A stretch of DNA of 64,000 nt from Candidatus Lustribacter sp. Its GTDB lineage: Bacteria > Vulcanimicrobiota > Vulcanimicrobiia > Vulcanimicrobiales > Vulcanimicrobiaceae. Both the position numbers and the translations under genes were made by a program. Shown here in pieces: positions 37,016 to 46,670 of this stretch (the first letter of the stretch is position 1; each line of letters begins with the position of its first letter). The stretch covers positions 3,968,001 to 4,032,000 of the forward strand of contig OZ255842.1 in the NCBI GenBank assembly GCA_965277805.1. Direction: 5' to 3'. The notes beneath the pieces were generated by a model, which was given only the letters and a program-made list of their open reading frames with translations, was not told the DNA's origin and did not search any database.

Positions 37016-38146
37016 CTAGTGCGCTTGCGCCGCCGGCTGACGCGATGACACCGCACCCGGCAAAAGCAAGCGGTAGTGATCGACTTTCGAGACCGGTGCG
37101 AAATCGCCGATCAGGCGCCAGTTCTCGCCGCCGTCGTCACTCGTGTAGACGTTGCCGTTGGTCGCGCCGACGAACATGCTGAAACCGCCGGGCGCCGCAT
37201 AGAGCGACATCGCTTCGAGGTTCGCCGTCATCGGATCGGGCATGCCGTTCGATGCGGGCTGCCAGCTAGCGCCGAGATCGTGACTGACGAGCACGGTCGC
37301 GTTCGCGCGATGCAGGCTGATCCACGTGCCGGGATTGCTGAACGCGCCGCACATGTACATCGTGCGATCGTCGACGGGCGAGAAGATCAAGCGGTCGGGG
37401 TAACCGATGCGGAAGCCCTCGCGGTACGTGAGGTTGCTCCACGTTTCGCCGCAATCGATGCTGCGATAGAGCCCCATGCCGGTTGTCATGTAGATTTCGT
37501 CGGGATGATTCGGACGCAACGCGATCTGGTGCACGTCGCGATAGCTCTTGTCATCGGGCTTCGAGTACGAATCGAGTTCGCGCCACGTTTGACCGCCGTC
37601 GCTGGTGGTGAACAAACCGGCTTGCTCGACACCGACGTAGAGCGTTTTCGGATCGCGCGGATCGACGGCCAGCGTTTTCGCGTGCGGAATTTTCGGCGGC
37701 ATCGGAAAGACCCACTTGTCCATGCCCGGCATGTCGCGCCAGCCCGGCAGTTCATCCCACGTGCGGCCCTCATCGGCGCTGTGAAACAAGCTCGGCGGTT
37801 CGGTGCCGGCATACACGACCGGTTTTCCGCTTTCGACCGCCGAGACGAGCGAGTACACGTGCTCGATCGAGAGACCGGTGCTGCGCTGCTCCCACGTCCG
37901 GCCCAAATCGGGGCTGAAGTACACGCCGCCGCGATGGATGCCGGCATAAAGTCCGCCGTTCACCGGCTCGATCAAGAGCGAGCTGATGTGGTTGCCGTCT
38001 AGCGTCGTGCCCGTGAGTTTCCAGTCGGCTCCGGGCGCGCGTTCGAATGTCGCGACGCCCTTAGCGGTGCCGACGAGGAGGCGCGTGGCCGGTGCGTCGC
38101 CGCGAAAGACGCTCATGCCGTTAGGTGCGAGACAAGCGGTGGTCAT
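37016..38146 (-). CDS. BNR/Asp-box repeat beta-propeller protein
   Basis: Repeated SxDxGxTW boxes (SPDLGRTW, SADEGRTW, SDGGQTW, SIDCGETW, SDDGGENW); no signal peptide. Confidence 0.85.
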   Translation of the reverse strand: MTTACLAPNGMSVFRGDAPATRLLVGTAKGVATFERAPGADWKLTGTTLDGNHISSLLIEPVNGGLYAGIHRGGVYFSPDLGRTWEQRSTGLSIEHVYSLVSAVESGKPVVYAGTEPPSLFHSADEGRTWDELPGWRDMPGMDKWVFPMPPKIPHAKTLAVDPRDPKTLYVGVEQAGLFTTSDGGQTWRELDSYSKPDDKSYRDVHQIALRPNHPDEIYMTTGMGLYRSIDCGETWSNLTYREGFRIGYPDRLIFSPVDDRTMYMCGAFSNPGTWISLHRANATVLVSHDLGASWQPASNGMPDPMTANLEAMSLYAAPGGFSMFVGATNGNVYTSDDGGENWRLIGDFAPVSKVDHYRLLLPGAVSSRQPAAQAH

Positions 38147-39219
38147 AGCGGTTCTCCCCTTCCGTCCGGAGAGCTAAGGTCCCTTAGTATCGTAGCATCG
38201 GCGGCGCCGAGTTGCGAAGCGGGGGCGGGCATTTCGTGCCACAGATTTGCCAGTGCGCCGGCCGGGAAAGGAATCCGGCCGAAATCCGGATGATCGATTT
38301 CCCGCAGGAAGCCCCGCGCGATCAACTGCGGGTCACGCGTGAGGTCGAGCGGGTTCAGCACGGGCGCGGCCGGGATGTGGCGCCGCTGCGCTTCGGCCAC
38401 GATCTCGTCCTTCTGCTGATGCGCCGACCAGAGCGCGATGCGGTCGAGGATCTCGTGCTTGCGCTCGCGCCGCTCGGCTTCGTCCGCGAGCGAGTCGTCG
38501 TCCTTGAACGCCGGGTCCGGCACGACTTGCACGAAGTTCGCCCAGCCGTTCGGATCGGGCGGCACGCTGACCATCCAGTAACCGTCGGCGCACGGCAGCG
38601 CGCCGGCGAGCGCGGTGATGCCGCCGCGCGAACCGAGGCGCTCGAGCAATTCGCCCGATGCGCTGTACTCGACGAAGACTTGCTCGGCGAGTACCGCGAG
38701 GCATTGCGCCGCGGAAACGTCGACGACGCAGCCCTCGCCCGTCGCGTCTTTCGCGAACAGCGCCGAAGCCGCAGCCATCGCAACGTAGAGTCCGATCGCG
38801 GAATGCGGGATGTGACCGCCGAGCGGCGTTGGGCGCCCGTCAGGCTCGCCGGTGATCGCGAGCAAACCCGAACGCGCGAACGCGCACAACTCCGGCGGCC
38901 CGTCGTCGAGCTCGACGAGCACGAGCTTTGGATTCGCGCCCAGAATCACGATTTCGGGCAACGGCAACGGCAAGCTGGCGACGAGGGCGTCGGCGTTTCC
39001 GATTAGGCCGAGCAGCGTTTCGCGATCTTCTCTTGCCTGCCAATCGAGCACCATGCTGCGTTTGCCGGCGTTGAGGAATGCATGAAACATGCCGCCGGCT
39101 TCATGACGCAACGCGTCGCCGCCGGGCGGCTCGACGCGTACGACGTCGTGACCGAGTTCGGCCAATAGCCGCGTAGCGTACGCGCCGGCGCTGCTGGTAA
39201 AGTCCAGAACGCGCGCCAT
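38143..39219 (-). CDS. Family III CoA-transferase subunit (lacks the catalytic Asp)
   Basis: Start re-called at ATG 39219. RVLDF, LLAELGHDVVRVEPPGGD, LNAGKRS; GHIPHS at the position of the usual catalytic Asp. Confidence 0.85.
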   Translation of the reverse strand: MARVLDFTSSAGAYATRLLAELGHDVVRVEPPGGDALRHEAGGMFHAFLNAGKRSMVLDWQAREDRETLLGLIGNADALVASLPLPLPEIVILGANPKLVLVELDDGPPELCAFARSGLLAITGEPDGRPTPLGGHIPHSAIGLYVAMAAASALFAKDATGEGCVVDVSAAQCLAVLAEQVFVEYSASGELLERLGSRGGITALAGALPCADGYWMVSVPPDPNGWANFVQVVPDPAFKDDDSLADEAERRERKHEILDRIALWSAHQQKDEIVAEAQRRHIPAAPVLNPLDLTRDPQLIARGFLREIDHPDFGRIPFPAGALANLWHEMPAPASQLGAADATILRDLSSPDGRGEPL

Positions 39220-40376
39220 CAGTGTCCCAGCCAATCGCGCAGCACGTCGTCGCTGTCGGCACCGACGCGCGGAGCCGGCGTGAGCGCCGCCGGTGAGGTT
39301 CCGCGGAACGAGAACGGCAGACCGACGGATTGCTCGCCGTCGCCGAGCGGTTTGAGAATGCGCTGCCATTCAGCCGTCTGCGCGATGTCGTTGCCGCGCC
39401 GCATCGCTGCGGCCCACACGCCGCACGCCTCCACGCGCGCTTCCACTTCGTCCGGCGTAAGTTCGCGCGTCCATGCTTCGAGTACGCGGTCGATCGCGTC
39501 GTGATGCTGCAATCGGCCCGCGAGCGTTGCATATTGCGGATCGCGCAGCGAGCCGGCGCTTTCCCCAAGTCCGTGCAGCAGCGCGTGCCATTGCGCATCG
39601 GTTTGCACGCTGATCGTGCACCACTGGTCGTCGCCGGCACAGCGGTAACAGCCTTGCGGTGCGGCCGTCGCGGACCGGCTTCCAGAACGTGCCGGTGCCG
39701 CACCCGTGACGGTACTCGACAGCAGCAAACTGCCGATCATCGCGACGCTGCACTCGAATTGCGAGACGTCGAGGTGGTAGCCGAGGCCGCTCGCGCGACG
39801 TTTGGCGAGCGCGCCGATGATCGCGACGGCGGTGTGCAATCCGCCGATGTAGTCGTTCCACGAATTCGAGATGCCGATCGGCGGATCGCCGCTTTCGCCG
39901 GTGGCGAGCATCATGCCTGAAAACGCTTGCAACGTGACGTTCATGCCGGTCCACGCTTGGCGCGGCCCCGTATGTCCGAACGCCGACATGCTCGCATAGA
40001 CCAGCCGCGGATTCGTTTTCGAGACGTCGGCGTAGCCGATGCCGAGCCGGTCCATCACGCCGCTCGAGAAGTTCTCGACCAGCACGTCGGCCGTATCGAT
40101 GAGCCGGCGCGCGATCGCAATGCCGTCTTCGGTCTTGAGGTTGAGGTCGATCGAGCGGCGATTACGGTTGATGTGCGCGAGGAGCGGCGTGCGTCCGCTG
40201 GGCGTCCGGCTTCCGCCGCCGCCGCGCCGCGCGCCCGTGCGTCCGCGACGCGTCGCCGTTTCCACTTTCACGACGTCGGCGCCGAGATCGGCCAGCATGC
40301 GCGCGCAAAACGGCCCGGCCACGATGTGACCGAAGTCGAGCACGCGGATACCGCTCAGCGGCAAGCGTTGCAGCAC
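39219..40376 (-). CDS. Family III CoA-transferase (CaiB/BaiF)
   Basis: PLSGIRVLDFGHIVAGPF, LADLGADVVKVE, ADVLVENF, WNDYIGG with the catalytic Asp. Confidence 0.92.
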   Translation of the reverse strand: MLQRLPLSGIRVLDFGHIVAGPFCARMLADLGADVVKVETATRRGRTGARRGGGGSRTPSGRTPLLAHINRNRRSIDLNLKTEDGIAIARRLIDTADVLVENFSSGVMDRLGIGYADVSKTNPRLVYASMSAFGHTGPRQAWTGMNVTLQAFSGMMLATGESGDPPIGISNSWNDYIGGLHTAVAIIGALAKRRASGLGYHLDVSQFECSVAMIGSLLLSSTVTGAAPARSGSRSATAAPQGCYRCAGDDQWCTISVQTDAQWHALLHGLGESAGSLRDPQYATLAGRLQHHDAIDRVLEAWTRELTPDEVEARVEACGVWAAAMRRGNDIAQTAEWQRILKPLGDGEQSVGLPFSFRGTSPAALTPAPRVGADSDDVLRDWLGH

Positions 40377-40377
40377 G

Positions 40378-41121
40378 TTACGCTTGATGCCAGCGGCTGA
40401 AGCGCCGCTCGGCGATGCGGCAGAGTTCGTTCAGCGTCACGGCGATCGCGGCGAGCACCGCGATCAGCGCGAAGAGATTCGGCGGCGAGAAGCTCTGCGC
40501 GAAATGGCGCGTGTAGTAGCCGAGACCCGCGGTCGAGACGTAGAGTTCGGCAATGAGCACGCCGAGCAGCACCGCCGTCATGCCGAGCCGCATGCCGGTG
40601 AAGAAACACGGCACCATGTGCGGCAGCACGACGGTTTGCAAAACTTGCAGCCGGCTCGCACCCATCGAGCGCGCCGCGGTCACCAGGGCGGACGGCAGAT
40701 TTGCGACGCCGGCGACGGTCGAAACGATCACGGGAAAGACACCCTGGCTGACGCCGAACGCGATCTTCGCTTCGGGCCCGATGCCCCACCCCAACACGAA
40801 CAGCGGCAACAGCGTCGTCTGCGGAATCGCGTACAGCAGCAGAATCACCGGCATGATCGCGCCTTTGGTAAACCCTTGCAGCCCCACCGCGAGCCCCACC
40901 GACAGACCGACACCGGTCGCGATCGCGAACGCCGCGACCATCTCGAATACGGTGATCGCAATTGCATGGACGACCTTCGGATCCCCGAACAGCGGCCCGA
41001 GCGCTTGCACGACGGCCGACGGCGGACAGATGAACAGCGGATCGCCGAAGAGCCGCGCGCCCACTTCCCACAGCACGAGCACGGCCGCAATCACGAGCAG
41101 CCGCGCGTTGCCCGCGCTCAT
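40378..41121 (-). CDS. ABC permease (SsuC/NitT-type)
   Basis: Start re-called at ATG 41121. AARSMGAS EAA loop, VLIAEL...GLG. Confidence 0.9.
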   Translation of the reverse strand: MSAGNARLLVIAAVLVLWEVGARLFGDPLFICPPSAVVQALGPLFGDPKVVHAIAITVFEMVAAFAIATGVGLSVGLAVGLQGFTKGAIMPVILLLYAIPQTTLLPLFVLGWGIGPEAKIAFGVSQGVFPVIVSTVAGVANLPSALVTAARSMGASRLQVLQTVVLPHMVPCFFTGMRLGMTAVLLGVLIAELYVSTAGLGYYTRHFAQSFSPPNLFALIAVLAAIAVTLNELCRIAERRFSRWHQA

Positions 41122-41867
41122 TGTGCCCACCGCCGGCCGCGCGCTTCGGCATACGAAACGCTCGCGTTGATGGCGACGGCTAAGAGCACGGCGAAGATGA
41201 TGCCGGCGAACATTTTCGAGGGCTCCATATTTTCGCCGGCCTCGACGATGCGATGGCCCAAGCCCGAGAGCGACGCGATCATCTCGCAGCCGAGGATCGT
41301 CATGAACGCGATGATGCCGCCAAGGCGGAATCCGGTGAGCACGACCGGCAGTGCGGCCGGCAGCATCACGGTTGAAAACAGTTGCAGATCGCTCGCGCCC
41401 ATCGAACGCGCCGCCGTCACGAAGCTGCGGTTGACGAAGCTCAGGCCCGCAATCGTGTTGAGCGCGACGGGAAAGAACGCGATCGTCGTGCCGATCGCGA
41501 TCTTCGACGCCGGGCCCAAACCGAAGAAGAGCAGGTAGAGCGGAAACAGCAGAATCGCCGGCACCGAATAGAACCCGGCCAGCAGCGGATCGAATACGCG
41601 CACCGTGTACGGCGTGAGGCTGACGAGATATCCCACGACGCAACCCGCGACCGCACCGAGCGCAAACGCAACGACCCACTCGGAGATCGTGACGAGCAGA
41701 TCGGGCCAGATGCCGCGCGTCGTCAGCAGCACGCCGAAGTCGTGAAACACGGGTCCCGGCGGCGGCAGCAAGATCGGATTCACGCGGCCGGGGAGCGTGA
41801 GGAGATACCAGGCGGCGAACCCGGCTATCAGGATCGCGAGTTGGACCAGCCGTTGCGCCGTTCTCAT
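41118..41867 (-). CDS. ABC permease (SsuC/NitT-type)
   Basis: LLPPP, AARSMGAS, LPAALP, CEM...GLG. Confidence 0.92.
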   Translation of the reverse strand: MRTAQRLVQLAILIAGFAAWYLLTLPGRVNPILLPPPGPVFHDFGVLLTTRGIWPDLLVTISEWVVAFALGAVAGCVVGYLVSLTPYTVRVFDPLLAGFYSVPAILLFPLYLLFFGLGPASKIAIGTTIAFFPVALNTIAGLSFVNRSFVTAARSMGASDLQLFSTVMLPAALPVVLTGFRLGGIIAFMTILGCEMIASLSGLGHRIVEAGENMEPSKMFAGIIFAVLLAVAINASVSYAEARGRRWAQ

Positions 41868-42640
41868 CGAAGCGTCCGGCGGATCTCGTCGTGCAGCAAT
41901 TCGTAGAGCTCGTTGCGCAAAGCGCCGAGTTTGGGCGAGGTCATGAAATCGCTCTTGCGCGGATGGCCTTCGTCAACGTTAATGATCGTTTTGATCTTGC
42001 CCGGCCGGGCCGTGAGCACGGCGACGCGATCGGCGAGGAACACCGCCTCAACGAGGCTGTGCGTGACGAACACGATCGTCTTGCCGGTTTTGGCCAACAG
42101 CACCGAGAGATCTTCGCCCAGCACCATGCGCGTCTGCTCGTCGAGTGCGGCGAACGGTTCGTCCATCAGCAAGATCTCGGTTTGCAGGCCGAGCGCGCGC
42201 GCCAGCTGCGCACGCTGCTTCATGCCGCCGGACAGCTGCGCCGGGTAATGATCGGCAAATTCCAAAAGGCCGACGGCCCGCAACGACTCGCGCGCGCGCT
42301 CGTCGTGTTCGCTCTTCGGCACGCCCTGATACACCATGCCGAGCTTGACGTTGTCGATCACCGTGCGCCACGGAAACAGCGTATTGTCTTGAAACACGAA
42401 GGCGACTTTTTGCGGTGACGGACCCTTGACGGGCACGCCGTCGATCGTCACGCCGCCGCTGCTCGGCGTCGCGAGGCCGCCGATCACGTTGAGCAGCGTG
42501 CTCTTGCCGCAGCCCGAGGGGCCGATCAGGCACAGCAGCTCGCCGCGCGCGACCTCGAACGTCGTACTCTCGAGCGCGACCACGCGGCGCGGATTGCCCG
42601 CCTCACCAAACGCGTGACCGACGCCGTCGATGCGTATCAT
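41864..42640 (-). CDS. ABC ATP-binding protein (SsuB/TauB-type)
   Basis: GPSGCGKST, LFPWRTV, LSGGMKQR, LLMDEPFAALD, VTHS. Confidence 0.95.
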   Translation of the reverse strand: MIRIDGVGHAFGEAGNPRRVVALESTTFEVARGELLCLIGPSGCGKSTLLNVIGGLATPSSGGVTIDGVPVKGPSPQKVAFVFQDNTLFPWRTVIDNVKLGMVYQGVPKSEHDERARESLRAVGLLEFADHYPAQLSGGMKQRAQLARALGLQTEILLMDEPFAALDEQTRMVLGEDLSVLLAKTGKTIVFVTHSLVEAVFLADRVAVLTARPGKIKTIINVDEGHPRKSDFMTSPKLGALRNELYELLHDEIRRTLR

Positions 42641-42698
42641 TCGCGGGCGGCCTTCTGCACCGGGGGCCGCGTCACCTCAACAAAGAAGGGACGGCGCC

Positions 42699-43577
42699 AT
42701 GACCGCTACCAGTGAAACGCAATCGCTTTGGCTCGGCCTGCTCGGCTCCGAGATGCGCTACTACAACGCGGGCGGCATCCGCACGCGCGCGATCGAGTCC
42801 GGCACCGGCGATCCGCCGCTCATCATGCTGCACGGCGTTGGTGGTCACGCAGAGGCCTTTGCGCGCAACGTCGTTCCGCTGGGCAAGCACTTCCGCACGA
42901 TCGCGCTCGACTATTTAGGGCACGGCCTCACCGGCAGCATCGACGGCCGGCTGACCAAAGAAGCCTACACGAAGCATCTGGTCGACTTCATGGACGCGGC
43001 CGGCATCGAGAAAGCCAACTTGCTCGGTGAATCGCTCGGCGGCTGGATATCGGTGATGACCTCGCTGCTCTATCCCGAACGCGTCAACAAGATCATCTAC
43101 TGCGTCGGCGCGCGGCTCGACGTGCCGGTCGATGAAGCCGCGGCGAAGCGCACGTCATTCGGGCGCTCAGAATTGCAGCGCCTCACTAAACAGTTCAACA
43201 CGGACCCGTCACGCGAGAACGTGCGCGAGCGACTCAAGTGGCTCTTTCACAAACCCGAACGCGACATCACCGAAGAACTCGTCGACCTGCGCTGGGAACT
43301 TTACCGGCGCACGGAAGCCCAAGGCGTCCGGGGTCACGCCGGCGGCACCACATCCGATGAGGCATTGACCCCGGAGCGCCTCGCGACGATCAAGCACCGC
43401 ATGCTGGTGCTCTGGACCGACCACAACCCATCAGCCGCCGTCGCCGAAGCCGAATCGGCGATGAATTATCTGCCCAACGCCGAGCTGAAAATCATGCAAG
43501 ACAGCGGCCATTGGCCGCAATGGGAACACCCCGAAGAATTCGACGAAATCGTCCGCGAATTTCTCCAACGCCCCTAG
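42699..43577 (+). CDS. Alpha/beta hydrolase, MhpC/BphD-like C-C hydrolase
   Basis: Start re-called at ATG 42699 after GAAGGGA. LHGVGGH, GESLGGW, SGHWPQWEHPEEF. Confidence 0.85.
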   Translation: MTATSETQSLWLGLLGSEMRYYNAGGIRTRAIESGTGDPPLIMLHGVGGHAEAFARNVVPLGKHFRTIALDYLGHGLTGSIDGRLTKEAYTKHLVDFMDAAGIEKANLLGESLGGWISVMTSLLYPERVNKIIYCVGARLDVPVDEAAAKRTSFGRSELQRLTKQFNTDPSRENVRERLKWLFHKPERDITEELVDLRWELYRRTEAQGVRGHAGGTTSDEALTPERLATIKHRMLVLWTDHNPSAAVAEAESAMNYLPNAELKIMQDSGHWPQWEHPEEFDEIVREFLQRP

Positions 43578-43583
43578 CACCGG

Positions 43584-43940
43584 CTACGCCGTGCGGTAGT
43601 TGCGTTGGGCGGCGACGAGGTCGCTGACGTTGTCTTGGAGCCAGGTGATCAGGCTCATCACCCGCTGCGCGACTTCGATGCCGGCGGGCGTGAGGGTGTA
43701 GTCGACGCGCGGCGGCACCTCGGCGTGCTGGCGGCGGATGACCAAGCCGTCGCGCTCGAGATCGCGCAGCGTTTGGGCGAGCATCTTTTCAGAGATGCCC
43801 TCGATGCGGTCGCGGATCTCCGAATAGCGGCGCGTGCCGCGGAGCAGGGCGCCGAGGACGAGGCCGCCCCAGCGACCGGTGACGTGGCCCAGGACCTCGC
43901 GAGCGGGGCAGTCGGCGTTGTAGCAGTTTCCGGTTTCCAT
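43584..43940 (-). CDS. HxlR-family winged-helix regulator
   Basis: CPAREVL..VTGRW, GISEKMLAQTLRDLERDG, VPPRVDYTLT. Confidence 0.93.
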   Translation of the reverse strand: METGNCYNADCPAREVLGHVTGRWGGLVLGALLRGTRRYSEIRDRIEGISEKMLAQTLRDLERDGLVIRRQHAEVPPRVDYTLTPAGIEVAQRVMSLITWLQDNVSDLVAAQRNYRTA

Positions 43941-44021
43941 AGCTTACCTTTTGGTGTGTACTAGCGTTTCGATAGTTTCAGTGCTAGGCTGACGTTCTCC
44001 CCCACCCTTCCTGAGGATTTC

Positions 44022-44882
44022 ATGACCCAACGTACCGCCGTCGTTACCGGAGCCAGCTCCGGCTTCGGCCGCCTGACCGCCCAGACACTCGCCGCCGACG
44101 GCTGGCGCGTCTACGCCACCATGCGTAACGTCGCGACCACGAACGCCGCCGCAGCCGCTGCTCTCACGCAGGGCGGCATCTCGGTCGTCGAGCTCGACGT
44201 CACGAGCGACGCCTCGGTCGACGCCGCCGCAAAAAGCATCCTCTCCGAAGCCGGCGCAGTCGACGTGCTGGTCAATAACGCCGGCACCGGCTACTTCGGA
44301 ATTGAAGAAGCCTTCACGCCCGCAGCGGCCGAGCAGCAGTTTGCTACCAACGTGATCGGGCCGTTGCGCGTGAACCGCGCGTTCTTGCCGTCGATGCGCG
44401 AACGCAACAGCGGTCTCGTCGTGTTCGTTTCGTCAGTCGTCGGCCGGATGATCATCCCCTTCGGCGGGATCTATACCGCGTCGAAGTGGGCAATCGAAGC
44501 ACTGGCGGAAACGTCGTCGTACGAGCTTGCACCGTTTGGGATCGATGTTGCCATCGTAGAGCCCGGCGCCTATGCAACGGATATCTTCGGCAAGGTCACC
44601 GGCGCGGATGACGCCGCGCGCGTCACTGCCTACGGCGACGCTGCGAACGATGCGGTAGCTCTCACCGAGCGGCTCGCCGCTTCAGCCCAAGAGCGCGATC
44701 CGCAAGAAGTCGCGGACGCCATTTTGCACCTCGCCAACGCACCGGCCGGCACGCGTCCGTTGCGCACCGTCGTCCCGGAGAATCCGGCGATCGAAGCGAT
44801 CAACAATGCGATCGCGCCGATCCAACGCGAGATCATCAAGGGGTCAGGGTTCGAGTCGCTGCTGCCGAAAGCGCACGCTTAA
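44022..44882 (+). CDS. SDR oxidoreductase
   Basis: TGASSGFG, NNAG, YTASK, VEPG; divergent from the HxlR gene. Confidence 0.93.
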   Translation: MTQRTAVVTGASSGFGRLTAQTLAADGWRVYATMRNVATTNAAAAAALTQGGISVVELDVTSDASVDAAAKSILSEAGAVDVLVNNAGTGYFGIEEAFTPAAAEQQFATNVIGPLRVNRAFLPSMRERNSGLVVFVSSVVGRMIIPFGGIYTASKWAIEALAETSSYELAPFGIDVAIVEPGAYATDIFGKVTGADDAARVTAYGDAANDAVALTERLAASAQERDPQEVADAILHLANAPAGTRPLRTVVPENPAIEAINNAIAPIQREIIKGSGFESLLPKAHA

Positions 44883-44887
44883 GAGCG

Positions 44888-44912
44888 GTCCCTCGACAAG
44901 CTCGGGATGACA
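44888..44912. repeat. REP-like short intergenic element
   Basis: GTCCCTCGACAAGCTCGGGATGACA resembles the CCCTTCGACAAGCTCAGGATGAC type of extragenic repeat; single copy in this window. Confidence 0.5.
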
Positions 44913-44940
44913 CGAATGGCGCGCTGGCTAAACTCACCAG

Positions 44941-46320
44941 GTGGCGCGTTCGTTCTTTAAGCCTGACCTCAACCGCCGTACCTTTCTCGCGGGTGCGGCG
45001 GCGTTGGCGCTGCCGATCACCGCGGCCGACGCGGCTGCTGCGCCTGACTACCGGCTTTCCATTGCGCCGCTCGAGTTGGAGCTGGCGCCGGGAAACGTAG
45101 TGAAGACCGTTGCTTATAACGGGAGCGTTCCGGGGCCGTTGATTCGCGTGCGCGAAGGGCAGCGCGTTACGATCGCGATCGACAATCATCAGACCGGAGT
45201 CGACGATATCGTGCACTGGCACGGGCTTACCGTTCCGTCGGCGGCCGACGGGTCGATGGAAGAGGGCAGCGCGATGATTGCGGCCGGCGGAAGCCAGACC
45301 GTATCGTTCGTCGCGCAGCCCGGCGGCACGCGCTGGTACCACACGCACAACATCGCCAAGACCGATCTCACGCGCAGTCTCTACACCGGTCAGTTCGGCC
45401 TGTTCATCATCGATCCGAAGAACGATCCGGCGCGATATGATCGCGAAGAGCTGATCGTCCTTCACAGCTGGCAACCGAGCTGGGTGATCTTGCAAGATTT
45501 GCGCAAGGGTCCGCCGGCCGACAACGGACTCGAAGTCGCGTACGCGTCGGCATCGGTCAACGGTCACGCGCTCGGTGCGGGTGCGCCGATCACCGTGCGG
45601 CAAGGGCAGCGCGTGCTCTTCCGCATCCTCAACGCCAACGCGACGATGGAAACCGCGCTCGCGCTTCCGGGCCACCGTTTCACCGTGATTGCGCTCGACG
45701 GCAATCCCGTCCCCGTACCGCAAACCGTCGACGTTCTCTTCATCGCGCCGGGCGAACGCATCGACGCGATCGTCGAGATGAATCAGCCGGGCGTGTGGGT
45801 CTTCGGCTCGACGAACAACGGTATGCGCATGATGGGCATGGGCACGGTCGTCGCGTACGCGGGCGCCGGCGGCGACCCGGTCTGGCAAGCGCCACCGGCG
45901 TCGACGTGGGATTACACGGCGTTCGGCAAGCCGGCGGTCGCGCGCGAGCCCGACGGCACGTTCAACCTGACGTTCGACAAAATTCCCGGCGGCCGCGGCG
46001 GCTACAATCGCTGGACGATCAACGGCAAGTCATGGCCCGACACGGATCCGCTGCGCGTGCAGCGCGGCAAACGTTACCGCATCACGCTTACGAATGCCAG
46101 CGGCGACTTGCACCCGATCCATCTGCATCGACATCGCTTTGAAGTGACGGCATGGAACGGCACGCCGTCCTCCGGCGTCATGAAAGACGTCGTCGCGCTA
46201 ATGCCGCGCAAAACCGCCACAATCGAATTCATCGCCGATAATCCCGGCCCGTCGCTATTCCACTGCCACATGCAAGACCACCAAGACTTCGGCTTCATGG
46301 GCCTCGTCCAATATATTTAG
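44941..46320 (+). CDS. Tat-exported multicopper oxidase
   Basis: LNRRTFL signal; HWHG, WYHTH, HPIHLH, HCHMQDHQDFGFM copper motifs all intact. Confidence 0.95.
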   Translation: MARSFFKPDLNRRTFLAGAAALALPITAADAAAAPDYRLSIAPLELELAPGNVVKTVAYNGSVPGPLIRVREGQRVTIAIDNHQTGVDDIVHWHGLTVPSAADGSMEEGSAMIAAGGSQTVSFVAQPGGTRWYHTHNIAKTDLTRSLYTGQFGLFIIDPKNDPARYDREELIVLHSWQPSWVILQDLRKGPPADNGLEVAYASASVNGHALGAGAPITVRQGQRVLFRILNANATMETALALPGHRFTVIALDGNPVPVPQTVDVLFIAPGERIDAIVEMNQPGVWVFGSTNNGMRMMGMGTVVAYAGAGGDPVWQAPPASTWDYTAFGKPAVAREPDGTFNLTFDKIPGGRGGYNRWTINGKSWPDTDPLRVQRGKRYRITLTNASGDLHPIHLHRHRFEVTAWNGTPSSGVMKDVVALMPRKTATIEFIADNPGPSLFHCHMQDHQDFGFMGLVQYI

Positions 46321-46328
46321 CGGCTCCA

Positions 46329-46670
46329 CTATGGCGCGTGCAGCCACCAGCCCGTAATGACGATGTAGAGTGCGAAGCACGCCGTTAAGATCGGCACGGC
46401 CCACGACCAATTCCACGAAATTTTCTCGGTCACGTTGCGCGGGACGAGTGCGTAGATCGCCGTCACGACGATAGCGGTGATGAGGCCCCAGGCGATCCAG
46501 CCGAACCAGCCGATCGTATTATGTCCCGTCGGAACCCTCACCCAGCCCCACGAAAACGTGCCGAGATTCGGATAGTACTTGATCAGGGGCTGATTGAGCC
46601 AGTCGTCGACCTGGTATCCGATCATGAAAGCGAGCGAGAAGACCGGAATCAGACGCAAATCTAGCTTCAC
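46329..46670 (-). CDS. Small Trp-rich membrane protein, about 3 TM
   Basis: Hydrophobic segments; GTGA overlap with the upstream gene. Confidence 0.7.
   Translation of the reverse strand: MKLDLRLIPVFSLAFMIGYQVDDWLNQPLIKYYPNLGTFSWGWVRVPTGHNTIGWFGWIAWGLITAIVVTAIYALVPRNVTEKISWNWSWAVPILTACFALYIVITGWWLHAP

Noticed and set aside
41122-41679. 433-aa permease ORF suggesting a fusion
   Set aside because: The extension is an off-frame read through the upstream permease; ATGA coupling places the start at 41121.
43941-44021. Possible HxlR operator in the AT-rich divergent spacer
   Set aside because: No clean palindrome could be delimited by eye.
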